Positions 20,085 through 29,231 of a stretch of DNA of 64,000 bases are shown piece after piece (the stretch's first letter is position 1; each line of letters opens with the position of its first letter). The DNA lies in assembly GCA_963744995.1 (NCBI GenBank), contig CAVUWA010000002.1, positions 576,001 to 640,000 on the forward strand, in the 5' to 3' direction. The notes under the pieces are model-generated. The model saw only the letters and a program-made list of their open reading frames with translations, was not told the origin of the DNA and made no database searches. Position numbers and translations under genes: made by a program. The DNA is from Candidatus Eiseniibacteriota bacterium (GTDB lineage: Bacteria; Eisenbacteria; RBG-16-71-46).

Positions 20085-20270
20085 GTGGCGAAGAAGTCAC
20101 TCATCGAAAAATGGAAGCGGAAGCCGAAGTTCAAGGTGCGCGCCTACACCCGCTGCAATCGCTGCGGGCGTCCGCGTGGCTACCTGCGCGACTTCGGACT
20201 CTGCCGCCTGTGTTTCCGGGAGCTGGCCCTGAGCGGGCAGATTCCGGGCGTCGTCAAATCCAGCTGGTGA
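20085..20270 (+). CDS. rpsN: 30S ribosomal protein S14 type Z (zinc-binding)
   Basis: 61 aa; RCNRCGR...LCRLCFRE two CxxC motifs. Confidence 0.98.
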   Translation: MAKKSLIEKWKRKPKFKVRAYTRCNRCGRPRGYLRDFGLCRLCFRELALSGQIPGVVKSSW

Positions 20271-20360
20271 ACCCGTCCCCGCGAGGGGCGACGAATCAGG
20301 CTGCAGCCGGTCACACCGCATGGCGGCGTGGCGCGCTGAACGCTGGTTCGAGGAGGATGG

Positions 20361-20759
20361 ATGTCGGTCAGTGATCCGGTCGCAGATTTCCTGACGAGCG
20401 TGCGCAACGCGATCCGCGCGAAGCATCGCCGCGTGGACGTGCCCGCTTCGAAGCTCAAGACGGAGATCGCCAAGGTGCTCCTCAGGGAGCGTTTCATCAA
20501 CAATTTCAAGCTGATCGAGGACTCGAAGCAGGGCATCCTGCGGATCTACCTCAAGTACGCGGCCGACGAGGCCAGCGTCGTGACCGATCTGCAGCGCGTC
20601 AGCCGGCCCAGCCGGCGCGTGTACGTGGGCAAGGATGCGCTGCCCCGCGTGATGGGCGGTCTCGGCATCTCGATCCTCACCACTTCCCGCGGCGTGATGA
20701 CCGAACGCGAGGCGCGCGAGTCGGGCCTCGGCGGCGAAGTCATCTGCCGGGTCTGGTAG
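20361..20759 (+). CDS. rpsH: 30S ribosomal protein S8
   Basis: DPVADFLTSVRNA, SRPSRRVY, GGEVIC. Confidence 0.98.
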   Translation: MSVSDPVADFLTSVRNAIRAKHRRVDVPASKLKTEIAKVLLRERFINNFKLIEDSKQGILRIYLKYAADEASVVTDLQRVSRPSRRVYVGKDALPRVMGGLGISILTTSRGVMTEREARESGLGGEVICRVW

Positions 20760-20768
20760 GAGGGCGGC

Positions 20769-21305
20769 ATGTCCAGAATCGGAAAGCTGCCCGTCACGAT
20801 CCCGTCGGGCGTGACCGTCGAAGTCCGCAAGCGCGAGGTGTTCGTCAAGGGCCCCAGGGGCGAGATGACGCACCCGGTCCTGGTCGGCACCGACGTCGAA
20901 GTCGAAGGCAACACGGTACGCGTGCTCACCGAACGGGTGACGCGCAATCCCGCCTACGGCACGATGCGCTCGAAGATCAACAACATGGTGATCGGCGTCA
21001 CGCAGGGTTTTTCGAAGACGCTCGAGATCAACGGCACCGGATATCGCGCCACGATGGAGGGCAAGAAGCTGGTGCTGCAACTCGGCTTCTCGCACCCGGT
21101 GGAATTCGATCCGCCCGCGGGCATCGCGATCAAGTGCGAGAATCCGACCCGCGTCGTGATCAGCGGTCACGACAAGGCGCTGGTCGGGCAGGTGGCGGCG
21201 GACATCCGCGGCTATCGCCCGCCGGAGCCGTACAAGGGCAAGGGTATCAAGTACGAGGGCGAGCACGTTCGCCGCAAGGCCGGTAAAGCGGCCGGGAGCG
21301 CCTGA
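20769..21305 (+). CDS. rplF: 50S ribosomal protein L6
   Basis: [21 protein letters not shown]. Confidence 0.99.
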   Translation: MSRIGKLPVTIPSGVTVEVRKREVFVKGPRGEMTHPVLVGTDVEVEGNTVRVLTERVTRNPAYGTMRSKINNMVIGVTQGFSKTLEINGTGYRATMEGKKLVLQLGFSHPVEFDPPAGIAIKCENPTRVVISGHDKALVGQVAADIRGYRPPEPYKGKGIKYEGEHVRRKAGKAAGSA

Positions 21306-21664
21306 TGAGCGGCAAGCACAACAAATACGAGCGACGGAACATCCGGCGCCTGCGCATCCGCAACCGGGTGCAGGGCACGGCGGAGCGCCCACGGCTCTCG
21401 GTGTTCCGCAGCGGCAGGCACATCTACGCGCAGATCATCGACGACACGCGCGGCGTCACGCTGGTCGCGGCTTCGAGCCGCGAGGCGGACATCGGCGCCG
21501 GACCGGGCCGGGTGTCCGTGAGCACCGCCGTCGGCAGGCGGGTCGGCGAGCGCGCGAAGGAAAAGGGCGTCGCGAAGGTCTGCTTCGATCGCGGCGGCTA
21601 CATCTATCACGGGCGCGTGAAGGCCCTGGCCGACGGCGCGCGCGCCGCCGGTCTCGAGTTCTAG
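21305..21664 (+). CDS. rplR: 50S ribosomal protein L18
   Basis: [29 protein letters not shown]. Confidence 0.99.
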   Translation: MSGKHNKYERRNIRRLRIRNRVQGTAERPRLSVFRSGRHIYAQIIDDTRGVTLVAASSREADIGAGPGRVSVSTAVGRRVGERAKEKGVAKVCFDRGGYIYHGRVKALADGARAAGLEF

Positions 21665-21673
21665 GAGGACACC

Positions 21674-22204
21674 GTGGCGCGCTTTCAGGATGCACAGAAG
21701 TCCGAGTTCGCCGAACGAGTGATTGCGGTGAATCGTTGCGCCAAGGTCGTCAAGGGCGGCCGGCGCTTCTCGTTCAACGCCATCGTCGCGATCGGTGATC
21801 AGAAGGGGCGCGTGGGCGTGGGTCTCGGCAAGGCCAACGAAGTCGCCGACGCGATCCGCAAGGCCGGCGAGGCCGCGCGGAAGGGCATGTTCAAGGTGCC
21901 CGTGACCAAGCACGGCTCGATTCCGCACCAGACGCTCGGTCGCTTCGGGGCCGGACGGGTGCTGCTCAAGCCGGCTTCGGCGGGGACCGGCGTGATCGCG
22001 GGGTCCGGCGTGCGCGCCGTGCTCGAGGTCGCCGGCGTCCACAACGTGCTCACCAAGTGTCTCGGTTCGCGCAACCCGCACAACCTCGTGAAGGCCACCG
22101 TCGAGGGGCTCAAGAGCCTCAAGCGGCCGTCCGAGATCGCCGCGCGTCGTGGCATCACGGTGGCCGAGGTGTTCGGCAACCGGGAGGTGGCGAGTGGCAC
22201 GTAA
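21674..22204 (+). CDS. rpsE: 30S ribosomal protein S5
   Basis: [22 protein letters not shown]. Confidence 0.99.
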   Translation: MARFQDAQKSEFAERVIAVNRCAKVVKGGRRFSFNAIVAIGDQKGRVGVGLGKANEVADAIRKAGEAARKGMFKVPVTKHGSIPHQTLGRFGAGRVLLKPASAGTGVIAGSGVRAVLEVAGVHNVLTKCLGSRNPHNLVKATVEGLKSLKRPSEIAARRGITVAEVFGNREVASGT

Positions 22205-22379
22205 GATCCGCATTCGACAGATCAGGAGTGCAAACGGCCATCCGGCGGACCAGGCGCGCACGGTGCGCGCCCTCGGCATTCGCCACCTGCAGCAGATCGT
22301 CGAGCACAACGACACGCCCCAGATCCGGGGAATGGTTTTCAAGGTCCGCCACCTCGTGAAGGTGGAGGAGATCGGTTAG
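22194..22379 (+). CDS. rpmD: 50S ribosomal protein L30
   Basis: [19 protein letters not shown] start after GGAGG. Confidence 0.96.
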   Translation: MARKIRIRQIRSANGHPADQARTVRALGIRHLQQIVEHNDTPQIRGMVFKVRHLVKVEEIG

Positions 22380-22382
22380 GAC

Positions 22383-22898
22383 ATGGCTATGCGCATTGGA
22401 GACATTCGTCCCGCTGCCGGCGCCACCCGCACGAAGAAGCGGCGCGGCAAGGGCTCGGCGAGCGGACTCGGTGGCACGTCCGGCAAGGGTCACAAGGGGA
22501 AGAAGGCGCGCGCCGGCGGCAAGATTCCCGCATGGTTCGAGGGCGGCCAGATGCCGATTCAGCGCCGCCTGCCGAAGCGCGGCTTCAAGCCCATCGATTC
22601 CACCGTGTACCAGATCGTGAAGCTCGGGGCGCTGAGCGCGGCGGCGGCGGGTTCGACCGTCGATCGCGCGTGGCTCGAGGCGCGGCGCATCGTGCGGCGC
22701 CCGGGGCCGGTCAAGCTGCTGTCGGGCGGCGAACTCAAGCATGCGGTGACGGTCAAGGTCGACGCCGCGAGCGAGAGCGCGCGGAAAGCGGTCGAAGCCG
22801 CGGGCGGCAAGATCGAAATACCGGCCGCCGCCGCCGACCACCGGACGAAGAAGGGCAAGTTCAAGCCGCGCGCGTCGCGGTCCACCACGAAGGCGTAA
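22383..22898 (+). CDS. rplO: 50S ribosomal protein L15
   Basis: GKGHKGKKARAG, FEGGQMPIQRRLPKRGF. Confidence 0.99.
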   Translation: MAMRIGDIRPAAGATRTKKRRGKGSASGLGGTSGKGHKGKKARAGGKIPAWFEGGQMPIQRRLPKRGFKPIDSTVYQIVKLGALSAAAAGSTVDRAWLEARRIVRRPGPVKLLSGGELKHAVTVKVDAASESARKAVEAAGGKIEIPAAAADHRTKKGKFKPRASRSTTKA

Positions 22899-22904
22899 CT
22901 CTTC

Positions 22905-24224
22905 ATGCTCGAGAAGATCCGCAACATCTTCCAGGTCCCCGAACTCAAGCGCCGGATTCTGTTCACGCTGGCGATGTTCGTGGTGTACCGGCTGGGCGAG
23001 CACGTGCCGACGCCGGGCGTCGATGCGCGCGCGCTGCAGGGTGCGTTCGAGAGCCAGAAGGGGACCCTGTTCGGGCTCTACGACCTGTTCGTCGGCGGCG
23101 CGTTCTCGCGCGCGACGATCTTCGCGCTCGGCATCATGCCGTACATCTCGTCCTCGATCATCATTCAGGTGCTCGGGGCGGTGGTGCCGTACTTCGAGAA
23201 GCTCAAGAAGGAAGGCGAAGAAGGCCAGAAGAAGATCACGCAGCTCACCCGCTACGGGACCGTGCTGATCTCGATCGTGCAGTCGTTCGCCTACAGCTGG
23301 TACCTGGTGAACATGAACGCGCAGGGCAACTCGGTGGTCCCCGACGTCGGCCCCGTGTTCTTCCTGTCGACGATCGTGACGCAGACGACCGGCACCATGT
23401 TCGTCATGTGGCTGGGCGAGCGGATCACCGAGCACGGCATCGGCAACGGCATCTCGCTGATCATCTTCGTGAACATCCTCGGCGGCGTGCCGAACGCGCT
23501 GCTCGCGGGTTACGACAGTTTCCGCGCCGGCAATCTGACGCTGCTGACGGTCATCAGCGTGCTGGCGATCATGGTGGCAGTCATCGCCGCGGTGATCGTC
23601 ATGACGCAGGCGACGCGCAAGATCCCGGTGCAGTACGCGAAGCGCATCGTGGGACGCCGCATGTACGGCGGCGCGAGCACGCACATTCCGCTGCGACTGA
23701 ACTCGGCGGGCGTGATCCCGATCATCTTCGCTTCGAGCTTCATGATTCTGCCGGCGACGGTGGCCGGATTCGTGCCGCCCACGAGTGCGCTGGCGGGCAT
23801 CGGCGCGTGGCTGAATCCGCGTTCGCCGGTGTACATGATCGTCTACGGAGTCATCATCATCTTCTTCACCTACTTCTACACCGCGGTCGTGCTGAATCCG
23901 AACGACCTGGCGGAGAACATGCGCAAGTACGGCGGCTTCGTCCCCGGGATCCGTCCGGGGCGCAAGACCGCCGAGTACATCGACCGGGTGCTGTCGCGGA
24001 TCACGCTGCCGGGAGCGATTTTCCTGGCGCTGATCGCGGTGTTGCCGGACGCGATCATGGGCGCGATGGGGCTGCCGTTCCTCGGCTTCGGCGGAACGAG
24101 CGTCCTCATCGTCGTGGGTGTGGCGCTGGATACGCTGCAACAGGTGGAGTCGCATCTGCTGATGCGCCATTACGAAGGATTCGTGAAGCGTGGCCGCATT
24201 CGCGGCCGGCAGGGAAGGATGTAG
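22905..24224 (+). CDS. secY: Preprotein translocase subunit SecY
   Basis: IFALGIMPYISSSII, GIGNGISLIIF, FVPGIRPG, GGTSVLIVVGVA. Confidence 0.99.
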   Translation: MLEKIRNIFQVPELKRRILFTLAMFVVYRLGEHVPTPGVDARALQGAFESQKGTLFGLYDLFVGGAFSRATIFALGIMPYISSSIIIQVLGAVVPYFEKLKKEGEEGQKKITQLTRYGTVLISIVQSFAYSWYLVNMNAQGNSVVPDVGPVFFLSTIVTQTTGTMFVMWLGERITEHGIGNGISLIIFVNILGGVPNALLAGYDSFRAGNLTLLTVISVLAIMVAVIAAVIVMTQATRKIPVQYAKRIVGRRMYGGASTHIPLRLNSAGVIPIIFASSFMILPATVAGFVPPTSALAGIGAWLNPRSPVYMIVYGVIIIFFTYFYTAVVLNPNDLAENMRKYGGFVPGIRPGRKTAEYIDRVLSRITLPGAIFLALIAVLPDAIMGAMGLPFLGFGGTSVLIVVGVALDTLQQVESHLLMRHYEGFVKRGRIRGRQGRM

Positions 24225-24226
24225 AC

Positions 24227-24799
24227 GTGCGGCTGGTGCTCCTCGGGCCGCCGGGAGCGGGCAAGGGAACGCAGGGGCGGAAGCTCTCCGCGGCGCTGGG
24301 CTGGCCGCTGATCTCCACCGGCGACATCCTGCGCCGGGCGGTGGCCGAGAAGACGGCACTGGGCGTTCAGGCCCAGCATCAGATGAATCAGGGCCTGCTG
24401 GTGGGCGACGACGTGATGATCGGGCTGGTGCGGGAGCGCACGCTCGAGCCGGATACGGAAAAGGGGTACATCCTCGACGGTTTTCCGCGGACGGTGCCGC
24501 AGGCAGCGGCGCTGGACGCGATGCTCGCCGAACGCGGGCAGCAGCTGGACGCAGTAGTCAGCCTCACGGTGTCCGAAGAAGAGATCGTCGAGCGCCTCGC
24601 GGCGCGCAGGAACCAGGAGTCGCGTGTGGACGACGACGCGGCGACGGTGCACAAGCGCATCGAGGTGTACAGGGAACAGACCGAGCCGCTGATCGAGTAC
24701 TACCGCGATCGCGGGCGGCTCGTCGAAGTGCAGGGCGTCGGCAGCATCGAGGCGATTTACGGATCGCTGCGCGAGGCGCTCGGCATCGGTGGCGGTTGA
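24227..24799 (+). CDS. adk: Adenylate kinase (short LID type)
   Basis: GPPGAGKGTQ P-loop, ISTGDILR, LDGFPRT. Confidence 0.97.
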   Translation: MRLVLLGPPGAGKGTQGRKLSAALGWPLISTGDILRRAVAEKTALGVQAQHQMNQGLLVGDDVMIGLVRERTLEPDTEKGYILDGFPRTVPQAAALDAMLAERGQQLDAVVSLTVSEEEIVERLAARRNQESRVDDDAATVHKRIEVYREQTEPLIEYYRDRGRLVEVQGVGSIEAIYGSLREALGIGGG

Positions 24800-24809
24800 G
24801 GATTCGAAC

Positions 24810-25565
24810 GTGGTCTATCTGAGGGATCAAAACGAGATTCGGGCGATTCGCGAGGCGGCGCAGCTGGTGGCGCAGACGCTCGAGATGCTCGGGCGTGAAG
24901 TGCGGCCCGGCGTGTCGACGGCCGAGCTCGACCGGCTGGCGGAGGCGTTCATCCGCGAGCACGGCGCGCGGCCGGCGTTCAAGGGCTATCGCGGGTTTCC
25001 GGCTTCGATCTGTCCTTCGATCAACGACCAGGTGGTCCACGCGATTCCGGGCGAGCGCCGCCTGGAGCGGGGCGACGTGATCTCGATCGACGTGGGCGTC
25101 GAGAAGGGCGGTTATTTCGGCGATGCGGCGCGCACGTTCACCGTCGGTGAGCCGGATGCGAAGATCGGCAGGCTGCTCGAGGTGACGGAACAGGCGCTGC
25201 AGAAGGGCATCGAACAGGCGCGGGCCGGAAAGCGCGTCGGCGACATCTCGCACGCGATCCAGTCGCACGTCGAACGGAATGGTTTCTCGGTGGTCCGGGA
25301 GCTCGTCGGACACGGAATCGGTCGTGCCATGCACGAAGAGCCGAACGTGCCGAACTACGGGCCGCCGGATCGCGGACCCCGCCTGATGGCGGGGCAGGTG
25401 ATCGCGATCGAGCCGATGGTGAACATCGGTGGTCCGGAGGTGCTGACGCAGCCCGATGGATGGACGGTCGTGACGAAAGACGGTTCGCTGAGCGCGCACT
25501 TCGAGCACACGGTCGTGGTGGGCGAACAGGGGCCGGAAATCCTCTCCCGGCTGGATGGGGACTGA
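24810..25565 (+). CDS. map: Methionine aminopeptidase type I
   Basis: [35 protein letters not shown] 24810 follows GAGGA (alternative start 24789). Confidence 0.97.
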   Translation: MVYLRDQNEIRAIREAAQLVAQTLEMLGREVRPGVSTAELDRLAEAFIREHGARPAFKGYRGFPASICPSINDQVVHAIPGERRLERGDVISIDVGVEKGGYFGDAARTFTVGEPDAKIGRLLEVTEQALQKGIEQARAGKRVGDISHAIQSHVERNGFSVVRELVGHGIGRAMHEEPNVPNYGPPDRGPRLMAGQVIAIEPMVNIGGPEVLTQPDGWTVVTKDGSLSAHFEHTVVVGEQGPEILSRLDGD

Positions 25566-25582
25566 GGACCGAAGGGGAACGA

Positions 25583-25801
25583 TTGGCGAAAGAAGAGGGC
25601 ATCCAGGTCGAAGGCACCGTGATCGAGCCCTTGCCGAACGCGATGTTTCGCGTGGAGCTGGAAAACGGTCACAAGGTGCTGGCCCACATCTCGGGCAAGA
25701 TGCGGATGCATTTCATTCGGATTCTGCCGGGCGACAAGGTCACCGTCGAGCTGTCGCCCTACGACCTGAGCCGAGGGCGCATCGTCTACCGGTACAAGTA
25801 G
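25583..25801 (+). CDS. infA: Translation initiation factor IF-1
   Basis: [30 protein letters not shown] start. Confidence 0.98.
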   Translation: MAKEEGIQVEGTVIEPLPNAMFRVELENGHKVLAHISGKMRMHFIRILPGDKVTVELSPYDLSRGRIVYRYK

Positions 25802-25861
25802 GCGGTCCGGCGGCTCGCGGAATGTCGTGATCGAACGTGGCGGGATGGAAGGACGGCGGAC

Positions 25862-25981
25862 ATGAAGGTTCGTTCATCCGTGAAAAAGATCTGCGAGCAC
25901 TGCAAGGTGGTGCGTCGCAAGGGTGTGATCCGCGTGATCTGCAAGCGCAATCCGCGGCACAAGCAGCGTCAGAAGGGTTAG
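25862..25981 (+). CDS. rpmJ: 50S ribosomal protein L36 (absent from ORF track)
   Basis: Manual translation [39 protein letters not shown]. Confidence 0.98.
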   Translation: MKVRSSVKKICEHCKVVRRKGVIRVICKRNPRHKQRQKG

Positions 25982-25991
25982 GAGGAGTTCC

Positions 25992-26384
25992 GTGGCACGT
26001 ATCGCCGGCGTCGATTTGCCAGCCGACAAGCCTGTCGAGATCGCGTTGACCTACCTGTACGGGATCGGTCGCACGACCTCCAGGCGCATTCTCTCCATGG
26101 CCGGTCTGCGTCCGGAGATCCGGGTGCGCGACCTCAGTGACGAAGACACCGGCAAGCTGCGCAACATCATCGAACGCGACATCAAGGTCGAGGGTGCGTT
26201 GCGCAGCGAAATGGCGATGAACATCAAGCGCCTCATGGACATTGGCGCGTATCGAGGTCTGCGGCATCGCCGCGGCCTGCCGGTGCGCGGCCAGCGCACC
26301 AAGACCAACGCGCGCACCCGCAAGGGTCCGAAGAAGACACCGGGGGCGAGGAAGTCCAGCTCGCCGGCCAAGGGCAAGCGGTAA
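25992..26384 (+). CDS. rpsM: 30S ribosomal protein S13
   Basis: [34 protein letters not shown]. Confidence 0.99.
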   Translation: MARIAGVDLPADKPVEIALTYLYGIGRTTSRRILSMAGLRPEIRVRDLSDEDTGKLRNIIERDIKVEGALRSEMAMNIKRLMDIGAYRGLRHRRGLPVRGQRTKTNARTRKGPKKTPGARKSSSPAKGKR

Positions 26385-26432
26385 CCGTCAACGAGCGTGC
26401 GGGCCGTCCGAGGGCCCGCAGGGAGGTTTCGA

Positions 26433-26816
26433 GTGGCTGAGAAGAAGGCCAAGAAGAAGGACCGGCGGGTGGGCGCAAACGGCGTTGCGCACGTCCAGGC
26501 CACCTTCAACAACACGATCGTCACGATCAGCGACACGGATGGCAACGTGGTGAGCTGGGCCAGCGCCGGCAAGGCCGGGTTCAAAGGCTCGCGCAAGAGC
26601 ACGCCGTTCGCCGCCCAGGTGGCGGCCGAGGCCAGTGCGCGCGAGGCGCTGAATGCCGGCATGAAGCGCGTCGAGGTCTGGGTGAAGGGCCCGGGCGCGG
26701 GCCGCGAAGCCGCCATCCGCTCGCTGCAGGCGGCCGGCCTCGAGATCTCCGCCATCAAGGACGTGACGCCCATTCCGCACAACGGATGCCGCCCGCCGAA
26801 GCGGCGCCGGGTCTAG
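26433..26816 (+). CDS. rpsK: 30S ribosomal protein S11
   Basis: [38 protein letters not shown]. Confidence 0.99.
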   Translation: MAEKKAKKKDRRVGANGVAHVQATFNNTIVTISDTDGNVVSWASAGKAGFKGSRKSTPFAAQVAAEASAREALNAGMKRVEVWVKGPGAGREAAIRSLQAAGLEISAIKDVTPIPHNGCRPPKRRRV

Positions 26817-26829
26817 GAGATCACGATCC

Positions 26830-27459
26830 ATGGCTGTTTATCATGACGCACGTTGCCGGCTGTGCCGGCGTGAAGGCGCCAAGCTGTTCCTGAAGGGCGC
26901 ACGCTGTTTCTCGGACAAGTGCGCTTTCGAACGGCGCGGTTACGTTCCCGGCGAGCACGGCAAGGCCCGCCGGAGCAAGGAAACCAACTACGGCCTCCAG
27001 CTGCGAGAGAAGCAGAAGGCGAAGCGCATCTACGGGGTGCTCGAGCGCCAGTTCCGTCACGTGTTCAGCAAGGCGGCGGTGCAGAAGGGCGTCACCGGTG
27101 AGGTGCTGCTGCAGATGCTCGAGTGCCGTCTCGACAACATCGTGTTCCGGCTCGGCTTCGCCGCCTCGCGCAGCGCGGCGCGGCAGCTCGTGCGTCACCG
27201 CCACGTGCAGGTGAACGGCCGCGTCGTGGACATTCCGTCGTACGTCGTTCGCGCGGGGGACGAGATCGCCGTGCGCGAAAAGAGCCGCACCATGACCGTT
27301 GTTGCGAACTCCCTGGAAGCGCGCAAGGGACAGGGCGTGCCCGAATGGCTGGACCTGAACACCGATCAGATGACGGGCCGCGTGCTGCACATCCCGTCCC
27401 GTGAAGCGATCCCGGTTCCGATCAACGAACAGCTGATCGTCGAGCTCTATTCGAAGTAA
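26830..27459 (+). CDS. rpsD: 30S ribosomal protein S4 (zinc-binding type)
   Basis: CRLCRREG...C...[17 protein letters not shown]. Confidence 0.99.
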   Translation: MAVYHDARCRLCRREGAKLFLKGARCFSDKCAFERRGYVPGEHGKARRSKETNYGLQLREKQKAKRIYGVLERQFRHVFSKAAVQKGVTGEVLLQMLECRLDNIVFRLGFAASRSAARQLVRHRHVQVNGRVVDIPSYVVRAGDEIAVREKSRTMTVVANSLEARKGQGVPEWLDLNTDQMTGRVLHIPSREAIPVPINEQLIVELYSK

Positions 27460-27490
27460 GACAATCGCCTACCCCCAGGGAGGCTTGCCG

Positions 27491-28486
27491 ATGAAGTGGA
27501 AGAATCTGACCATGCCGAAGCAGATCGTCGCCGATCCGGGCAACAACGACGGCTACGGTAAGTTCGTCATCGAACCGCTCGAGCGCGGGTTCGGAATCAC
27601 GCTCGGGAACGCGCTGCGCCGCGTGCTGTTGTCGTCGCTTCAGGGCGCGGCCGTGACGGCGGTGCGTATCGACGGCGTGCTGCACGAGTTCTCGACGCTG
27701 CCGGGCGTGATCGAAGACGTGACCGAAATCATCCTCAACCTCAAGCAGATGCGCCTCAAGCTGCACGGCGACGGTCCGAAGAAGGGCACGTTCGAGAAGC
27801 AGGGCAAAGGCGAGGTGCGCGCCGGGGATCTCGTCGTGGATCCCGAGATCACCGTGCTCAATCCGGATCTGCACATCGCGACGCTGAATCGCGACGGCGA
27901 TCTCCGCATGGAAGTCGAGATCAACGGCGGCCGCGGCTACGTGTCCGCGGATCAGCACTCGCAGACCGATCTGCCGATCGGCGTGATCGCGATCGATTCG
28001 CTGTTCTCGCCGGTGACGCGCGTGAACTACAACGTCGAGGCGACGCGCCTCGGCCAGCGCATCGACTACGACAAGCTGACCGTCGAAGTGTGGACGGACC
28101 GCAGCATCCTGCCGCAGGATGCGGTGGCGCTCGCGGCGAAGGTGCTGCGGGACCACTTCAACCTGTTCATCCACTTCGAGGAGCCGATCGAAGAGGAGGT
28201 CGAGGAAGAAGTGGACGAGGACTACATGCGGACGCGGCGCATCCTCGAGAAGAGCGTCGACGAGCTGGAGCTGTCCGTGCGCTCGAGCAACTGCCTGCGG
28301 GCCGCCGAGATCAAGTCGATCGGCGACCTGGTGCAGAAGAGCGAGGCGGAAATGCTCAAGTACCGCAATTTCGGGCGCAAGTCGCTCAAGGAAATCCAGG
28401 ACATTCTGGGTGAGATGGGGCTGAGCTTCGGCATGGACGTGTCGAAGTTCACGGAGCACCGTTCGCCCGTCAAGACCGAAGCCTGA
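27491..28486 (+). CDS. rpoA: DNA-directed RNA polymerase subunit alpha
   Basis: [43 protein letters not shown] 27491 is 7 nt after GGAGG (alternative TTG 27485). Confidence 0.99.
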   Translation: MKWKNLTMPKQIVADPGNNDGYGKFVIEPLERGFGITLGNALRRVLLSSLQGAAVTAVRIDGVLHEFSTLPGVIEDVTEIILNLKQMRLKLHGDGPKKGTFEKQGKGEVRAGDLVVDPEITVLNPDLHIATLNRDGDLRMEVEINGGRGYVSADQHSQTDLPIGVIAIDSLFSPVTRVNYNVEATRLGQRIDYDKLTVEVWTDRSILPQDAVALAAKVLRDHFNLFIHFEEPIEEEVEEEVDEDYMRTRRILEKSVDELELSVRSSNCLRAAEIKSIGDLVQKSEAEMLKYRNFGRKSLKEIQDILGEMGLSFGMDVSKFTEHRSPVKTEA

Positions 28487-28529
28487 GCCGCAGCTTCGGC
28501 TCCCGCGACGGACAAGGAAAGAATCCGCC

Positions 28530-29096
28530 ATGCGACATCGGAAAGACCATCGAAAGCTGAGCCGGACTGCTTCGCACCGCCGTGCGGTGCTCCGCAACCT
28601 GGTGACGGCGCTCTTCCAGTACGAGCGCATCGAGACCACTGTCGCGAAGGCCAAGGAAACGCGGCGGCTGGCCGAACGCCTGATCACGTTCGCGAAGCGC
28701 GGCGATCTGGCGGCGCGCCGGCACGTCGACCGTTTCGTGATGCGGCCCGACGTGACCCGGAAGCTGTTCGATACGATCGCGCCGTGGTACGCCGAGCGTC
28801 CGGGCGGCTACACGCGCATCGTGCGCATCGGCCGCCGTCTGGGCGACGCGGGCGAGATCGGCTATCTGGAGCTCGTGAAGAGTGCGGAGCAGCGCGAGAA
28901 GGAGCGCCAGGATCGGATCGCGGCGGAGGAAGCGAAGGACACGAAAGCTGCCCAGAAGGGCGAAGGCGGCAGGCGCAAGGAGAAGGGTGCCCCCGTCGAA
29001 GCCGCCGCGGAGAAGCCGAAGCGCGGCGCCAGGGAGCGTGAAGGCAACGCGCCGGCGCCGGCCAAGAAGCGCACCCGGCGCGTCAAGACCGGCTGA
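28530..29096 (+). CDS. rplQ: 50S ribosomal protein L17 with long charged C-terminal tail
   Basis: [29 protein letters not shown]. Confidence 0.99.
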   Translation: MRHRKDHRKLSRTASHRRAVLRNLVTALFQYERIETTVAKAKETRRLAERLITFAKRGDLAARRHVDRFVMRPDVTRKLFDTIAPWYAERPGGYTRIVRIGRRLGDAGEIGYLELVKSAEQREKERQDRIAAEEAKDTKAAQKGEGGRRKEKGAPVEAAAEKPKRGAREREGNAPAPAKKRTRRVKTG

Positions 29097-29112
29097 GCGC
29101 GAGCGCACGCGA

Positions 29113-29146
29113 ACGGGCGGGACCTCCGGGTCCCGCCCGTTTTTTT
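29113..29146 (+). terminator. Intrinsic terminator of the ribosomal supercluster
   Basis: ACGGGCGGGACC-TCCG-GGTCCCGCCCGT perfect 12-bp stem followed by a T-run, 16 nt after the rplQ stop. Confidence 0.93.
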
Positions 29147-29179
29147 CGTCCGCCGGCTTCGGGCGGCCGCGCCCGGTCC

Positions 29180-29207
29180 TCAAGTCAACTGCGGGAGGCA
29201 CCGATAA
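29180..29207 (+). promoter_or_regulatory. Putative sigma-28 (FliA/SigD/WhiG)-type promoter
   Basis: TCAAG-N15-ACCGATAA upstream of the kinase operon; same motif and spacing at 54439-54466. Confidence 0.6.
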
Positions 29208-29231
29208 CAAGGGGGTCACTGACCGCCCTCC

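Noticed and set aside
22532..24226. 755-aa ORF apparently fusing a long N-terminus to Adk
   Set aside because: Alternative frame of rplO/secY; the Adk P-loop begins right after GTG 24227
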